Origin: Candidatus Methylomirabilota bacterium
GTDB lineage: Bacteria; Methylomirabilota; Methylomirabilia; Methylomirabilales; CSP1-5
Reading direction: 5' to 3'
Assembly: GCA_027293415.1 (NCBI GenBank)
Contig: JAPUFX010000135.1
Span: 1 to 49,012, forward strand
Length of the DNA stretch: 49,012 bases
Positions 26,947-35,853 of the stretch are shown here, one piece after another; positions within the stretch are counted from its first letter, which is position 1; the number at the start of each line of letters is the position of its first letter. The notes beneath the pieces were generated by a model that did no database searches, was not told the DNA's origin, and worked only from the letters and a program-made list of their open reading frames with translations. Made by a program: the position numbers and the translations under genes.

Positions 26947-27837
26947 ATGAAGCCAGGAGAGCTTACGAGGGCGATGATCGAGGCGGCGCGCAGCGTCGCC
27001 AAAGACGCGGGTGTCCGGGCTGTGTTTCTGAACGCCGACCTGGTATCTGACCCCGCCCAGCTCAAGGGGGTTTTTGGCGAGACGGAGGTGGTCTTCTTCA
27101 CCCGGAAGCGGCTCCGGGCACCGCGGCTACAGGGGGTAGCCGATAGGATTATCCACCTCCCGCCGGTGGCCTTGAATCGGATCGCGCAGATCAAATTGGC
27201 TGCTCTCTTGGCCCTCTCCAAAGGATATCTCCAGCTAGGGGATCTCATCCTGTTTCTGTCCGGGATCCAGCATCTTGGAGCTCTGGATACCATGATGATC
27301 ATGGAGGTGGGGGAGGAGTTTGAGCTCTTCTCGCTAAAGGAGGGGGGCTCGTTTATGACGGTTGTGAATCCCGAAGTGTTTGCCCGGGTGGTGGACCTGG
27401 CAGTGGAATTGGCCCACGAGGGCCGGGAGGGGAAGTCACTCGGAGCCATCTTCGTACTCGGGGACACCGAAGAAGTCATGAAGTACGTCGATCAACTCGT
27501 CTTGAATCCCTTCCAGGGCCATCCAGAGGAGCGACGAAACATCCTGGATCCACAAATCATGGAGTCGGTAAAGGAGTTTTGCGCCATCGATGGCGCCTTC
27601 GTCATCCGATCGGACGGCGTGATCGTCACCGGTGGGGCCTACCTCCGTCCTCCCGTTCCGGGGGACGAGTTACCCCCCGGTCTCGGGGCCCGGCACGCGG
27701 TAGCAGCCTCAATGAGTGCAAGCACTGATGCGGTTATCGTGACTCTCTCCGAGTCCACGGGAACGGTTCGGATTTTCGAGGGGGGTCGGATGGTGACCGA
27801 GATCGAACGGGGCCCCAGGAAGCGGGGGAGCACATAG
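26947..27837 (+). CDS. Diadenylate cyclase (DisA_N domain), DacZ-like architecture
   Basis: REGKSLGAIFV, FCAIDGAFVI (DGA), LGARHAVA, SESTGTVRIF; no TM; N-terminal PK_C-like region. Confidence 0.85.
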   Translation: MKPGELTRAMIEAARSVAKDAGVRAVFLNADLVSDPAQLKGVFGETEVVFFTRKRLRAPRLQGVADRIIHLPPVALNRIAQIKLAALLALSKGYLQLGDLILFLSGIQHLGALDTMMIMEVGEEFELFSLKEGGSFMTVVNPEVFARVVDLAVELAHEGREGKSLGAIFVLGDTEEVMKYVDQLVLNPFQGHPEERRNILDPQIMESVKEFCAIDGAFVIRSDGVIVTGGAYLRPPVPGDELPPGLGARHAVAASMSASTDAVIVTLSESTGTVRIFEGGRMVTEIERGPRKRGST

Positions 27838-27963
27838 GCTTGCCAGCGCCGTGCGTGAGAGATTCCCTGGGCCGTGGTTTTTGACCGAGACGATCGCGGC
27901 CCACTTTTTTTGAGGGGCGGGAACGAGAGAAGGGTAGATGGCGTGGTAGAGCGCGGGGAGTCG

Positions 27964-28353
27964 ATGGAGCTCGAGGTCGTGGCGACGGAAAAGGCCCCGA
28001 AGGCGGTGGGGCCCTATGTGCAGGGGGTAAAGGCACATGGGTTTCTCTTCACCGCGGGACAGATCGGGCTGGACCCGGCCACGGGCAAACTCGTGGAGGG
28101 AGGGATTGAGACCGAGACCCGTCGGGTGTTGGAGAGTCTCAAGGCCGTTGTCGAGGCTGCAGGGAGTTCCTTCACACAGGTGGTGAAGACGACGGTCTTT
28201 CTCACCGATCTTGGCCACTTTCAGGCCATGAACCAGATCTACGCCACGTACTTTTCAGGACCCAGCCCAGCCCGTTCCACCGTCGGTGTCGCCCGGCTCC
28301 CTTTGGGGGCATTGGTAGAGATCGAATTGGTGGCCCTCGTGGAGAAGGACTGA
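27964..28353 (+). CDS. ridA: RidA/YjgF enamine-imine deaminase
   Basis: APKAVGPYVQG, AGQIGLDP, PARSTVGV..LP.GALVEIE; start moved to ATG 27964. Confidence 0.93.
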   Translation: MELEVVATEKAPKAVGPYVQGVKAHGFLFTAGQIGLDPATGKLVEGGIETETRRVLESLKAVVEAAGSSFTQVVKTTVFLTDLGHFQAMNQIYATYFSGPSPARSTVGVARLPLGALVEIELVALVEKD

Positions 28354-28874
28354 TGCGTGAGAGGGCCAGCTTATACCAGTTGCTTAAAACCACCCGTGGC
28401 TGGGTGGCCGTTGCCTATACCGAGCGAGGGATCCTGGCCCTCACGCTCCCGGTCGAGACCCTAGAGAGGGCCTTCGAGGCCTTGCAGGGAAAGTTTGCTT
28501 TCCCCTTGGCTCGGGGACAGGGATACGAAAAGCTGGCTCGGGACCTCGATTGTTACTTCCGAGGAGAGGCGGTCTCATTCGACTATCCGCTGGATCTTAC
28601 GGCAGCTACTCCTTTTCAACAGAAGGTGTGGGCGGTCCTGCGGGGAATTCCGCACGGGGCAACGCAGGGCTACCAAGAGGTAGCGAGGACGATCGGGATG
28701 CCTCGGGCGGCGCGGGCAGTCGGGCAGGCTGTAGGAGCGAATGCGATCCCCCTTCTCATCCCCTGCCACCGGGTTGTGGCGTCTGACGGGTCCCTGGGTG
28801 GCTTTGCCTGGGGTCTGACGTGGAAGTGTCGCCTCCTGCAGGTAGAAGGGGTCACGCCAACGTCGAAGACGTAG
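28353..28874 (+). CDS. ogt: Methylated-DNA-protein-cysteine methyltransferase
   Basis: TPFQQKVW, ARAVGQA, IPCHRVV. Confidence 0.93.
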   Translation: MRERASLYQLLKTTRGWVAVAYTERGILALTLPVETLERAFEALQGKFAFPLARGQGYEKLARDLDCYFRGEAVSFDYPLDLTAATPFQQKVWAVLRGIPHGATQGYQEVARTIGMPRAARAVGQAVGANAIPLLIPCHRVVASDGSLGGFAWGLTWKCRLLQVEGVTPTSKT

Positions 28875-28915
28875 CGTTGCATGAATGAGCCGCGGTGCTG
28901 GGCGGGTCAGGATGC

Positions 28916-29929
28916 TTAGGCGAAAGGCGGAATACGGAAGATCGCCGATGTGCTGGCCAGGATCAAATACTGGTCGGGCGCGAAGGCGAGGCCGACCAAG
29001 TTGGCTCCGGATATCATAAGCCGGGGGGCTTGTCGGTTCGAGAACATGTAGACCCCGCGGTGTCCCCTGACCCCGGCAGTCACCCAGAGCCGACCCTGCC
29101 GGTCAAACGCAAGGCCTTGAGGTCTTTCCAGGGGTCCCCAGTAGGGTTCGGCATCACCGAAGCTGTTGATCTGGTAAATGACATCTTGGTTGGAGAGTGT
29201 CGGGGCCGTGGCGTAGAGATTTCCGTCCGGCCCGGCGGTCAGATGGAAGGCGGCCACGCTGGGCGGCAGGGAGGCGAAGGGCTCGGCCTGGCCCTCTGGC
29301 GGCAGACGGTAGACGGTTCCGGTTCGATCTCCGATGTATAGGACGCCGGCCTCGTCGAGACAGAGACCCGTGGCAATGCCCAAGTTTTTCGCGATCACCT
29401 GGGCGTCCCCTTCAGGAAGAAGAAGACGATATACGGACCCATCGAATCGGCTCGAGGTCAAGAGGGCCCCATCGGGCTGGAGCGCCAGCCCAGTGGGATT
29501 GATAGGGAGAGCAGCAATGTGCTCCACGGCCCCGGCGGGGGTGATGCGCACCAGTGGGGTTGGAACCTTCTGTCCACGCCGGCCGCTGATGGTGGTGTAA
29601 ATGACCCCCTCTGCATCCACCACGGGATTGGCCACCGGGTGAACTCCGGTGGCCAGCTTGGTCCCGATGGTGAAAGGAGTGCTGATAGGCTCTGTATCGA
29701 TCATGAGGGTGAGGGGGCCAGCGGTCGCGTTGGGGGGGATGGGGAGGACCAGACGGATATCGGAGGCGATCGATGGCCGGGCCTCGGCCTCGCCGAGAAA
29801 GACGAGGGGTGGTGTCCCGCCGCTGAGAAAGCCCGTCCCCACAACGACGACAGTTCCTCCCTCGACACTTACCGAGGGCTCGACCGCGGAGATGTGGGGT
29901 TCCGGGGAGGATGATTCAGACACACTCAC
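28916..29929 (-). CDS. IPT/TIG domain plus SMP-30/NHL-type beta-propeller protein
   Basis: N-terminal VVVVGTGF..VFLGE..LVLPIP Ig-like domain; PTGLAL, ATGLCLD, PQGLAFD blades; promoter TTGACG-N17-TAACGT at 29991-29963. Confidence 0.75.
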   Translation of the reverse strand: MSVSESSSPEPHISAVEPSVSVEGGTVVVVGTGFLSGGTPPLVFLGEAEARPSIASDIRLVLPIPPNATAGPLTLMIDTEPISTPFTIGTKLATGVHPVANPVVDAEGVIYTTISGRRGQKVPTPLVRITPAGAVEHIAALPINPTGLALQPDGALLTSSRFDGSVYRLLLPEGDAQVIAKNLGIATGLCLDEAGVLYIGDRTGTVYRLPPEGQAEPFASLPPSVAAFHLTAGPDGNLYATAPTLSNQDVIYQINSFGDAEPYWGPLERPQGLAFDRQGRLWVTAGVRGHRGVYMFSNRQAPRLMISGANLVGLAFAPDQYLILASTSAIFRIPPFA

Positions 29930-30065
29930 TCCTCGGCGCTAACCGTGGCAGGATCCGGATCTACGTTACCCCTCTGGTTGCCTGTCGTCAAGGCATTTAC
30001 GAAACCAGGGTTCAAATATCCGAAACCCAACTGCTGGCATCTGGGAGAGGGAACGAGGAAGCGTG

Positions 30066-30200
30066 ATGACGTATGCGGTGACAGTCGATTTTTTCGGGAT
30101 TGATACCGCCTCGCCGGAACAGGCCAGTGCGGTAATGGCGGAAATGCTGCAATCGGTAGGTTTTACCCGTTTTGAGGTGAGGGAAGCCCGAGAGGTCTAG
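30066..30200 (+). CDS. Small hypothetical protein (44 aa), below the ORF-track cutoff
   Basis: MTYAVTVDFFGIDTASPEQASAVMAEMLQSVGFTRFEVREAREV; SD GAGGAAG; beta-alpha-beta amphipathic pattern. Confidence 0.55.
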   Translation: MTYAVTVDFFGIDTASPEQASAVMAEMLQSVGFTRFEVREAREV

Positions 30201-30338
30201 CGCCGTTCCAACTATTTGTGCCAACTTTCTCGCTGCACTCGATCACGGCCCTTGCAACAAGGCAGGCTGCTCAAATCGGCCCCTCGATCTTCCTCGGGGT
30301 GGTGAGCCTGTCGAACCACTTATCAAGTTGGAACGGCA

Positions 30339-30704
30339 CTAGTCAGCAGTTCCGGCGGTCACTGCTTCTTGAGGGGCTTCCTCGGGGGGATGGGCCTGAT
30401 CCCCGATCGGAACCCGGAACTGATCCTCAAAATCGTCGATGGGGATCATATCAATGGCCTCCCAAGCCATGCCATCACAGACCCGGGCGCAGATCAGGCA
30501 CCCAATGCACTCGTGCCAACGGATCCGGACGGGGGGAATGACCGCCCCGGTGTACGTCCCGGATGGTTCGTGGTCGATACAATCTACCGGACAAAAGGGA
30601 ATACACGCCTCACACCCGGTGCAAGAGTCGTTGACGACGGCCATGAGGCGCGGTCGCCTCTTTTTTTTGGTTTTTCTGTTGTAATGGGGGATATCCTCGT
30701 ACAC
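30339..30704 (-). CDS. 2[4Fe-4S] ferredoxin-like protein
   Basis: CTGCEACIPFCP and CIGCLICARVC; start moved to GTG 30704, downstream of the promoter. Confidence 0.88.
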   Translation of the reverse strand: MYEDIPHYNRKTKKKRRPRLMAVVNDSCTGCEACIPFCPVDCIDHEPSGTYTGAVIPPVRIRWHECIGCLICARVCDGMAWEAIDMIPIDDFEDQFRVPIGDQAHPPEEAPQEAVTAGTAD

Positions 30705-30751
30705 GGTGTGCTCCCTGTGCGACCCTCCCTGAGCATCCAAGATGCACAAGT

Positions 30752-30780
30752 ATAGTACCATAGCGGGCTTCCGGTGTCAA
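30752..30780 (-). promoter_or_regulatory. sigma70 promoter of the ferredoxin gene
   Basis: TTGACA (30780-30775)-N17-TACTAT (30757-30752), extended TG. Confidence 0.75.
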
Positions 30781-30970
30781 TGTGAAGGGTCAGAACCTTG
30801 TCCTTCGTGCAAATTGGTGCTAGGGTCATGTACCCGTATTCGCCACCGGATCACACCTCTCCTCGTCGGCTTGGACGAGCGCTGCCACGAGGAGGAGAAC
30901 CTGCGCGTCACCCCGGCGTCCCCGGTATCGCCTGAGGACTGCCGAGACCTGTTCTGGAAGGAGGAGTCGG

Positions 30971-31327
30971 ATGGGATTCGTTTCGGATCCAGTGGACTAT
31001 GGCCTCGAGGAGGATCGACGCCAGGTCTATGTCCGCTGGCGTGATGGCCATGAGAGCCGTTATCCGCTGGACGATTTACGGAAGGTGTGCCCCTGCGCCG
31101 ATTGTCATACGGCCGAGAGACCGGCCGAGAGACCACAGGGGGGGCTTCAGGTCCTGACCGGCCCGGTGATCGGTCGGGGGGAGATTCGGATCGTGCAGAT
31201 GGCGCCGGTGGGCCGCTATGCGTTGAATTTCACGTGGAGCGACGGTCACAGTACAGGAATATACTCTTTCGATTTCCTGCGGAGCCTCTGCCCGTGTGAA
31301 ATCTGCCGCTCAGGAGCAGGACATTGA
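30971..31327 (+). CDS. DUF971 / GBBH-like N-terminal domain protein
   Basis: WRDGHES..LRKVCPCADC, VGRYAL..WSDGHSTGIYS; SD AAGGAGG. Confidence 0.88.
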   Translation: MGFVSDPVDYGLEEDRRQVYVRWRDGHESRYPLDDLRKVCPCADCHTAERPAERPQGGLQVLTGPVIGRGEIRIVQMAPVGRYALNFTWSDGHSTGIYSFDFLRSLCPCEICRSGAGH

Positions 31328-31833
31328 ATCTGGTGCAGTGGATGCAGGGACTTCCTCCGGAGATGGCCACCTTTATTATGGCCACCCTTCCGATCTCGGA
31401 ACTCAGGGGGGCAATCCCGGTAGCCCTCGGTGTCTACAAACTTCCCGTCTGGTCTGCCGTGCTCTGGGCAGTCCTGGGCAATTTAGCACCCATCCCCTTT
31501 ATCCTGAAACTCCTGGAGCCGGTTTCGAAATTTCTGCGTGAACGCTGGCGTATCTGGGATAGATTTTTCAACTGGCTTTTCACCCGGACCCGCCGAAAGG
31601 GGGAGCGCTATTTTCAGGTCTATAAAGAGATGGGACTTGTCCTGTTCGTTGCCATTCCTCTCCCCATTACTGGGGCCTGGACGGGGTCCGTGGCGTCATT
31701 TCTTTTCGGGCTTTCTCTCGGACGGGGTTTTTTTCTGATCACGCTCGGTGTCCTTATCGCCGCGACCTTGGTGACGGCTGCAAGTTTGGGCGTAGGCTGG
31801 CTCGTCTTTCTGGGAGGATCTCATGTGCATTGA
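31324..31833 (+). CDS. COG2426 putative small multidrug export protein
   Basis: LPISELRGAIP, FVAIPLPITGAWTG. Confidence 0.85.
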   Translation: MNLVQWMQGLPPEMATFIMATLPISELRGAIPVALGVYKLPVWSAVLWAVLGNLAPIPFILKLLEPVSKFLRERWRIWDRFFNWLFTRTRRKGERYFQVYKEMGLVLFVAIPLPITGAWTGSVASFLFGLSLGRGFFLITLGVLIAATLVTAASLGVGWLVFLGGSHVH

Positions 31834-32989
31834 CCGAGATCTCTCCAAGGTGCAGTCGATGTATCCCTCGGTCTCGGTAGTCATCTTTGATGACCGTCGG
31901 AAGCTTCTTTCCGTCCACCGGGCGAGGTTGATTGTTTTGATTCTGATTCTCCTGGCCTTTGGGGCGGGCATTGTCTCGGCTGAAAGCACCCTGCTCAACC
32001 CCGGGGAAGGAAAGCATCTGGCTGATCTCCGGCAGCTGACCTTCGGAGGGTCGAACGCCGAGGCCTACTTTTCCTGGGACGGGAGGGTGTTGATCTTTCA
32101 ATCAACGCGTGGCGGATACGGCTGTGACCAGATCTTCATTATGAACACGGACGGAAGCGACGTCCGCCTGGTGAGCACGGGTCTCGGACGGACGACCTGC
32201 TCCTTTTTCCTTCCCGGGAACCAGCAGATGATCTACGCCTCAACCCATATGCGAGACGCCGCCTGCCCGCCCAGACCGGACCGCTCTCAGGGGTATGTCT
32301 GGGCACTCTACGACTACGATATCTACATCGCCAATGCCGATGGGACCGGCCTGACGCGCCTCACCCATCATCCCGGATACGATGCCGAGGGGGCACTCTC
32401 TCCGGACGGCAAGAAGATTATCTTCACCTCGTTGCGAGCGGGGGATCTGGACATCTATACCATGAATACCAAGGGGCGGAACCTCCGGCGACTCACCTTC
32501 GAGAAAGGTTTTGACGGGGGAGCTTTCTTCTCCTGGGACGGGACAAAGATCGTCTACCGAGCTTACCATCCCGATACGCCCCAAGAAATGGCCGACTACG
32601 AGCGTCTTCTCTCCAAAAGCCTGTTGCGGCCCACGCGCGCTGAGATCTTCGTCATGGGTGCGAACGGAGCAGATAAACGGCGGTTGACCCACAATGGGGC
32701 AGCTAACTGGGCCCCCGCATTTCATCCGAACGGGCGGCAAATCATCTTCTCGTCAAATCTCCGTGACCCTGGGACGCGGAGTTTTGATCTCTATCTCATC
32801 AATATTGACGGCACCGGCCTGGAGCAAATCTCGTTCGGCGGCTTCAATAGCTTTCCCTTTTTCTCTCCCGATGGGAAAAAGCTTGTCTTTAGTTCGGATC
32901 GCCTCGCTAAGGGGCCCCGAGAGTTCAATGTCTTCATCGCCGACTGGATCTCCGAGATGAGGAGGGTTGACCCCTCGTCCGTCAGGTGA
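31823..32989 (+). CDS. TolB-like (PD40 repeat) beta-propeller exported protein; start uncertain
   Basis: Repeated FSWDG/LSPDG/FSPDG blades; hydrophobic signal-like segment LIVLILILLAFGAGIVSA. Confidence 0.85.
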   Translation: MCIDRDLSKVQSMYPSVSVVIFDDRRKLLSVHRARLIVLILILLAFGAGIVSAESTLLNPGEGKHLADLRQLTFGGSNAEAYFSWDGRVLIFQSTRGGYGCDQIFIMNTDGSDVRLVSTGLGRTTCSFFLPGNQQMIYASTHMRDAACPPRPDRSQGYVWALYDYDIYIANADGTGLTRLTHHPGYDAEGALSPDGKKIIFTSLRAGDLDIYTMNTKGRNLRRLTFEKGFDGGAFFSWDGTKIVYRAYHPDTPQEMADYERLLSKSLLRPTRAEIFVMGANGADKRRLTHNGAANWAPAFHPNGRQIIFSSNLRDPGTRSFDLYLINIDGTGLEQISFGGFNSFPFFSPDGKKLVFSSDRLAKGPREFNVFIADWISEMRRVDPSSVR

Positions 32990-33060
32990 TAGGCTGAATT
33001 GTAGCGGGGTTGCCGGTCCGTCCGAACGGGGGACGTGGTGATAATGGAAAGGGGAAATGG

Positions 33061-33090
33061 CCCCGCGGTCTAAAATCCGCGGGGTTTTTT
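33061..33090 (+). terminator. Rho-independent terminator
   Basis: CCCCGCGG-8 nt loop-CCGCGGGG followed by TTTTTT. Confidence 0.8.
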
Positions 33091-33104
33091 CATTGCGGAT
33101 AGCG

Positions 33105-33224
33105 ATGCCTCGAGGAAAGGTAGTCAAACTCAAGCCACGGAGTCTTCGGGTGAAAGACCGGCGAAAGATCTTGAAAGAGGTTCCGAAGCTCCGCAAGATC
33201 AAGCCGGCGAAGTCTGGAAAGTGA
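33105..33224 (+). CDS. Small, highly basic hypothetical peptide (39 aa)
   Basis: MPRGKVVKLKPRSLRVKDRRKILKEVPKLRKIKPAKSGK; stop overlaps the SD of the next gene; own SD weak. Confidence 0.4.
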   Translation: MPRGKVVKLKPRSLRVKDRRKILKEVPKLRKIKPAKSGK

Positions 33225-33233
33225 GGAATAAAC

Positions 33234-33464
33234 ATGATCCGGGCCTATATATTTATCGAGGCAACCAAGGCAAGAGATCTCAAAGTAGAGGAAGAGATCG
33301 TCACGTTACCCGGCGTGAAGCAGGCCGATGTGGTTACGGGACGGTTCGACGTCATTGCTATGGTCGAGGTGGAGGAGCTCGGAGCCCTCTGGGAGCTGGT
33401 CGACAGGATTCAGGCTCTGCCTCCTGTCGTGAAGACCACGACCAACGTTGTGGTCAAGCGGTGA
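33234..33464 (+). CDS. Stand-alone Lrp/AsnC ligand-binding (RAM) domain protein
   Basis: RAYIFI...VVTGRFDVIAMVEV...VVKTTT. Confidence 0.85.
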   Translation: MIRAYIFIEATKARDLKVEEEIVTLPGVKQADVVTGRFDVIAMVEVEELGALWELVDRIQALPPVVKTTTNVVVKR

Positions 33465-33516
33465 ATATCCTCCACACCTCTTTCGAGCAAGAAAGGAGTG
33501 AGGGGAGCAGGAAGTC

Positions 33517-34023
33517 GTGAACGCCGACGAGCAAGCTACCCTCCGGCGGTGGACCATCGTCGTGGGGCTGGTGCTCGCGGTGACCGTCTCAATTCTTTTT
33601 CCCCTCCTGGTGACGAAGTGGGACCGGCACCTGGTCGAAGTCTCTCTCGGTCCTTTCCGATGGGTCGGCCTTGTCCCGATAAGTCTTGGCGTCATCCTGG
33701 TGGTGTGGTCAGCCGCTCTCTTGTTCACCCGGGGGGGGGGCACGCCAGCCCCCTGGGATCCGCCCCAGAGGTTCATCATGGCCGGTCCATATCAGTATGT
33801 TCGGAACCCCATGATGCTCGGCGTCTTTGCAACCGTGTTCGGTGAAGCAGTGTTGGCAGAGTCACTGGCAATTTTGCTCTATCTAGGTTTGGTGGTGAGC
33901 GTGGTGTGTTGGTACGTCGTCGCCATTGAAGAGAAAGGACTGGAGATCCGCTTTACTGATACGTACGTCGTCTACAAAGAACGTGTCCCGCGGTGGCTTC
34001 CCCACCTGCGCCGAAAGAGATAG
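33517..34023 (+). CDS. Isoprenylcysteine carboxyl methyltransferase / PEMT family membrane protein
   Basis: GGGTPAPWDPP, GPYQYVRNPM, EEKGL..RF...Y..Y..RVPRW. Confidence 0.87.
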   Translation: MNADEQATLRRWTIVVGLVLAVTVSILFPLLVTKWDRHLVEVSLGPFRWVGLVPISLGVILVVWSAALLFTRGGGTPAPWDPPQRFIMAGPYQYVRNPMMLGVFATVFGEAVLAESLAILLYLGLVVSVVCWYVVAIEEKGLEIRFTDTYVVYKERVPRWLPHLRRKR

Positions 34024-34039
34024 GGGGGGTGACTGGATT

Positions 34040-34312
34040 ATGCCGAGGGATTATGGGCGAGGAGAGTACGTGAACGTGATGGCTGCCAAGGATCCCGCCG
34101 TTCAGAAATTAGTGACGCAAGGGTATGAGTTCGTCACCAATGCCTTCCGCCGCGGCGCCGCACCGAAAGGGGTACGGGCAAAGGAGGCGGAAGCGGTGAA
34201 GGCGCGGCTCCAGAGTGAAGGGTATCGGACCGCGGTTGCATCTGCGTACGACGAGGCGGGGAATCCGCTTCCCACGATGGTTTCCATATGGCGAAAGCAA
34301 GAAGCCGAGTGA
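34040..34312 (+). CDS. Hypothetical protein (90 aa)
   Basis: Fills the gap after the methyltransferase, ATG 34040, protein-like composition. Confidence 0.55.
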   Translation: MPRDYGRGEYVNVMAAKDPAVQKLVTQGYEFVTNAFRRGAAPKGVRAKEAEAVKARLQSEGYRTAVASAYDEAGNPLPTMVSIWRKQEAE

Positions 34313-34386
34313 GGAGGGATGGGTTGTGAGCGAGGTTCAACTATGGTAATTCATGTAAAGATAGCCACGAAAAAGGTAGGGGGATA

Positions 34387-35823
34387 ATGACCGCAGGGAT
34401 AAGCCGGCAGATACGGCGGACAAAGATCGTGTGTACGATCGGTCCCTCCAGCGAGTCCGAAGAGGTTCTCGAGCGTCTCATCCTCGCCGGGATGGATGTT
34501 GCCCGTCTCAACTTCGCCCATGGCACCCATGAGGAACATGCTCGGATCATCCAGCGGATCCGAACCCTCGAGGTGAAGTTGGGAAAACCGATAGCCATCC
34601 TTCAGGACCTTCCCGGACCAAAGATTCGCTTGGGGGATTTCGAAGGGGGGGCGGCTCTGCTCCGGACGGGAGCAGAGTTTACCATTACCAGCCGGGCCGT
34701 CATGGGGACCGGTGAGTGCGCTCATGCCCCTTCCCCCGAATTCTTCCGAGAAGTTCGGACCGGGGATCGGATCCTCGCTGATGACGGTTTGATTGAGTTC
34801 GAAGTATTGACGTCTGATGGCGCGGACGTGCGGTGTCGGGTCGTGACGGGCGGGATTCTCCGAAACCATAAGGGAATCAGTCTGCCCAGCGGACGGCTGC
34901 ACAGGACTGCATTGACCAAGAAAGACATGGCGGATCTGCAGTTCGGGATTGCCCATGGGGTGGACTTTGTTGCCACGTCATTTGTGCGGAACGCAGCCGA
35001 TCTCATGGACGTCAGAAACTTTCTGGGGGCCTCGGGGGCTAAGATTCCGATTGTCGCCAAGCTCGAGAAGCCTGAGGCCGTTCGAAACCTCGACGATATC
35101 CTGAAGACGGCGTCGGGGGTTATGGTGGCCCGGGGAGATCTGGCGGTGGAGATGTCCATTGAGGAGGTCCCGGTCCTCCAAAAGATCATTCTCCGCCAGG
35201 CCCGCCGGTACAAGGTCCCCGTGATTATCGCGACCCAGATGCTGGAATCCATGGTGGAACATCCGAGGCCGACTAGGGCGGAGGCCTCTGATGTCGCCAA
35301 TGCCATCCTCGACGGGACCGATGCGGTGATGCTCTCGGCGGAGACCGCGACCGGAGGTTACCCGGTCGGGGCGGTGGAGATTATGGCCCGAATTACGCTC
35401 AAAGCAGAGCTGCACGTGCGGCAGCCCCCGTTACCACATCGGGAGGAGGGGAGTTTTCCGGTGGTCGCCAGCGATGCTGCCTGTCGGGCCGCCCGGAGCC
35501 TCCATGCCAAGGCCGTCGTCGTCTTCACCGAGTCTGGCTTGACCGCCCGGCTGATCTCACAGGACCGTCCCGAGGTCCCAATTCTGGCCCTGACCCCTTC
35601 AGAAGGGTCGCGACGACGCATGGCTCTGTACTGGGGAATCGTTCCGCTCCTCATTCAGCGGCGGGAGACGCTCGAAGAGATGGTCCAAGAAATGGAGGGC
35701 CTCCTTCTCACGGAGGGCTGGGTTAAGGCCGGCGACAACTTGGTTGTTCTTTCGGGGACTCCGATGTGGAAGCCTGGGACCGTCAATGCTATCAAGTTGC
35801 ACCGGGTCGGCGACGTCCGGTGA
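34387..35823 (+). CDS. pyk: Pyruvate kinase
   Basis: RTKIVCTIGP, ARLNFAHG, VAKLEKPEA, MVARGDL, ATQMLESM, DAVMLSAET. Confidence 0.98.
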   Translation: MTAGISRQIRRTKIVCTIGPSSESEEVLERLILAGMDVARLNFAHGTHEEHARIIQRIRTLEVKLGKPIAILQDLPGPKIRLGDFEGGAALLRTGAEFTITSRAVMGTGECAHAPSPEFFREVRTGDRILADDGLIEFEVLTSDGADVRCRVVTGGILRNHKGISLPSGRLHRTALTKKDMADLQFGIAHGVDFVATSFVRNAADLMDVRNFLGASGAKIPIVAKLEKPEAVRNLDDILKTASGVMVARGDLAVEMSIEEVPVLQKIILRQARRYKVPVIIATQMLESMVEHPRPTRAEASDVANAILDGTDAVMLSAETATGGYPVGAVEIMARITLKAELHVRQPPLPHREEGSFPVVASDAACRAARSLHAKAVVVFTESGLTARLISQDRPEVPILALTPSEGSRRRMALYWGIVPLLIQRRETLEEMVQEMEGLLLTEGWVKAGDNLVVLSGTPMWKPGTVNAIKLHRVGDVR

Positions 35824-35853
35824 TGAGTGGTGGATCGGTGCGACAGCAGTTGG

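Noticed and set aside
30012-30224. 70-aa minus-strand ORF
   Set aside because: Antisense to the better-supported 30066-30200 sORF; no SD.
32990-33090. c-di-AMP (ydaO) riboswitch-like words (GCTGAAT, CGGGGGAC) before a terminator
   Set aside because: Required helices and downstream conserved blocks are missing; a simple terminator explains the region.
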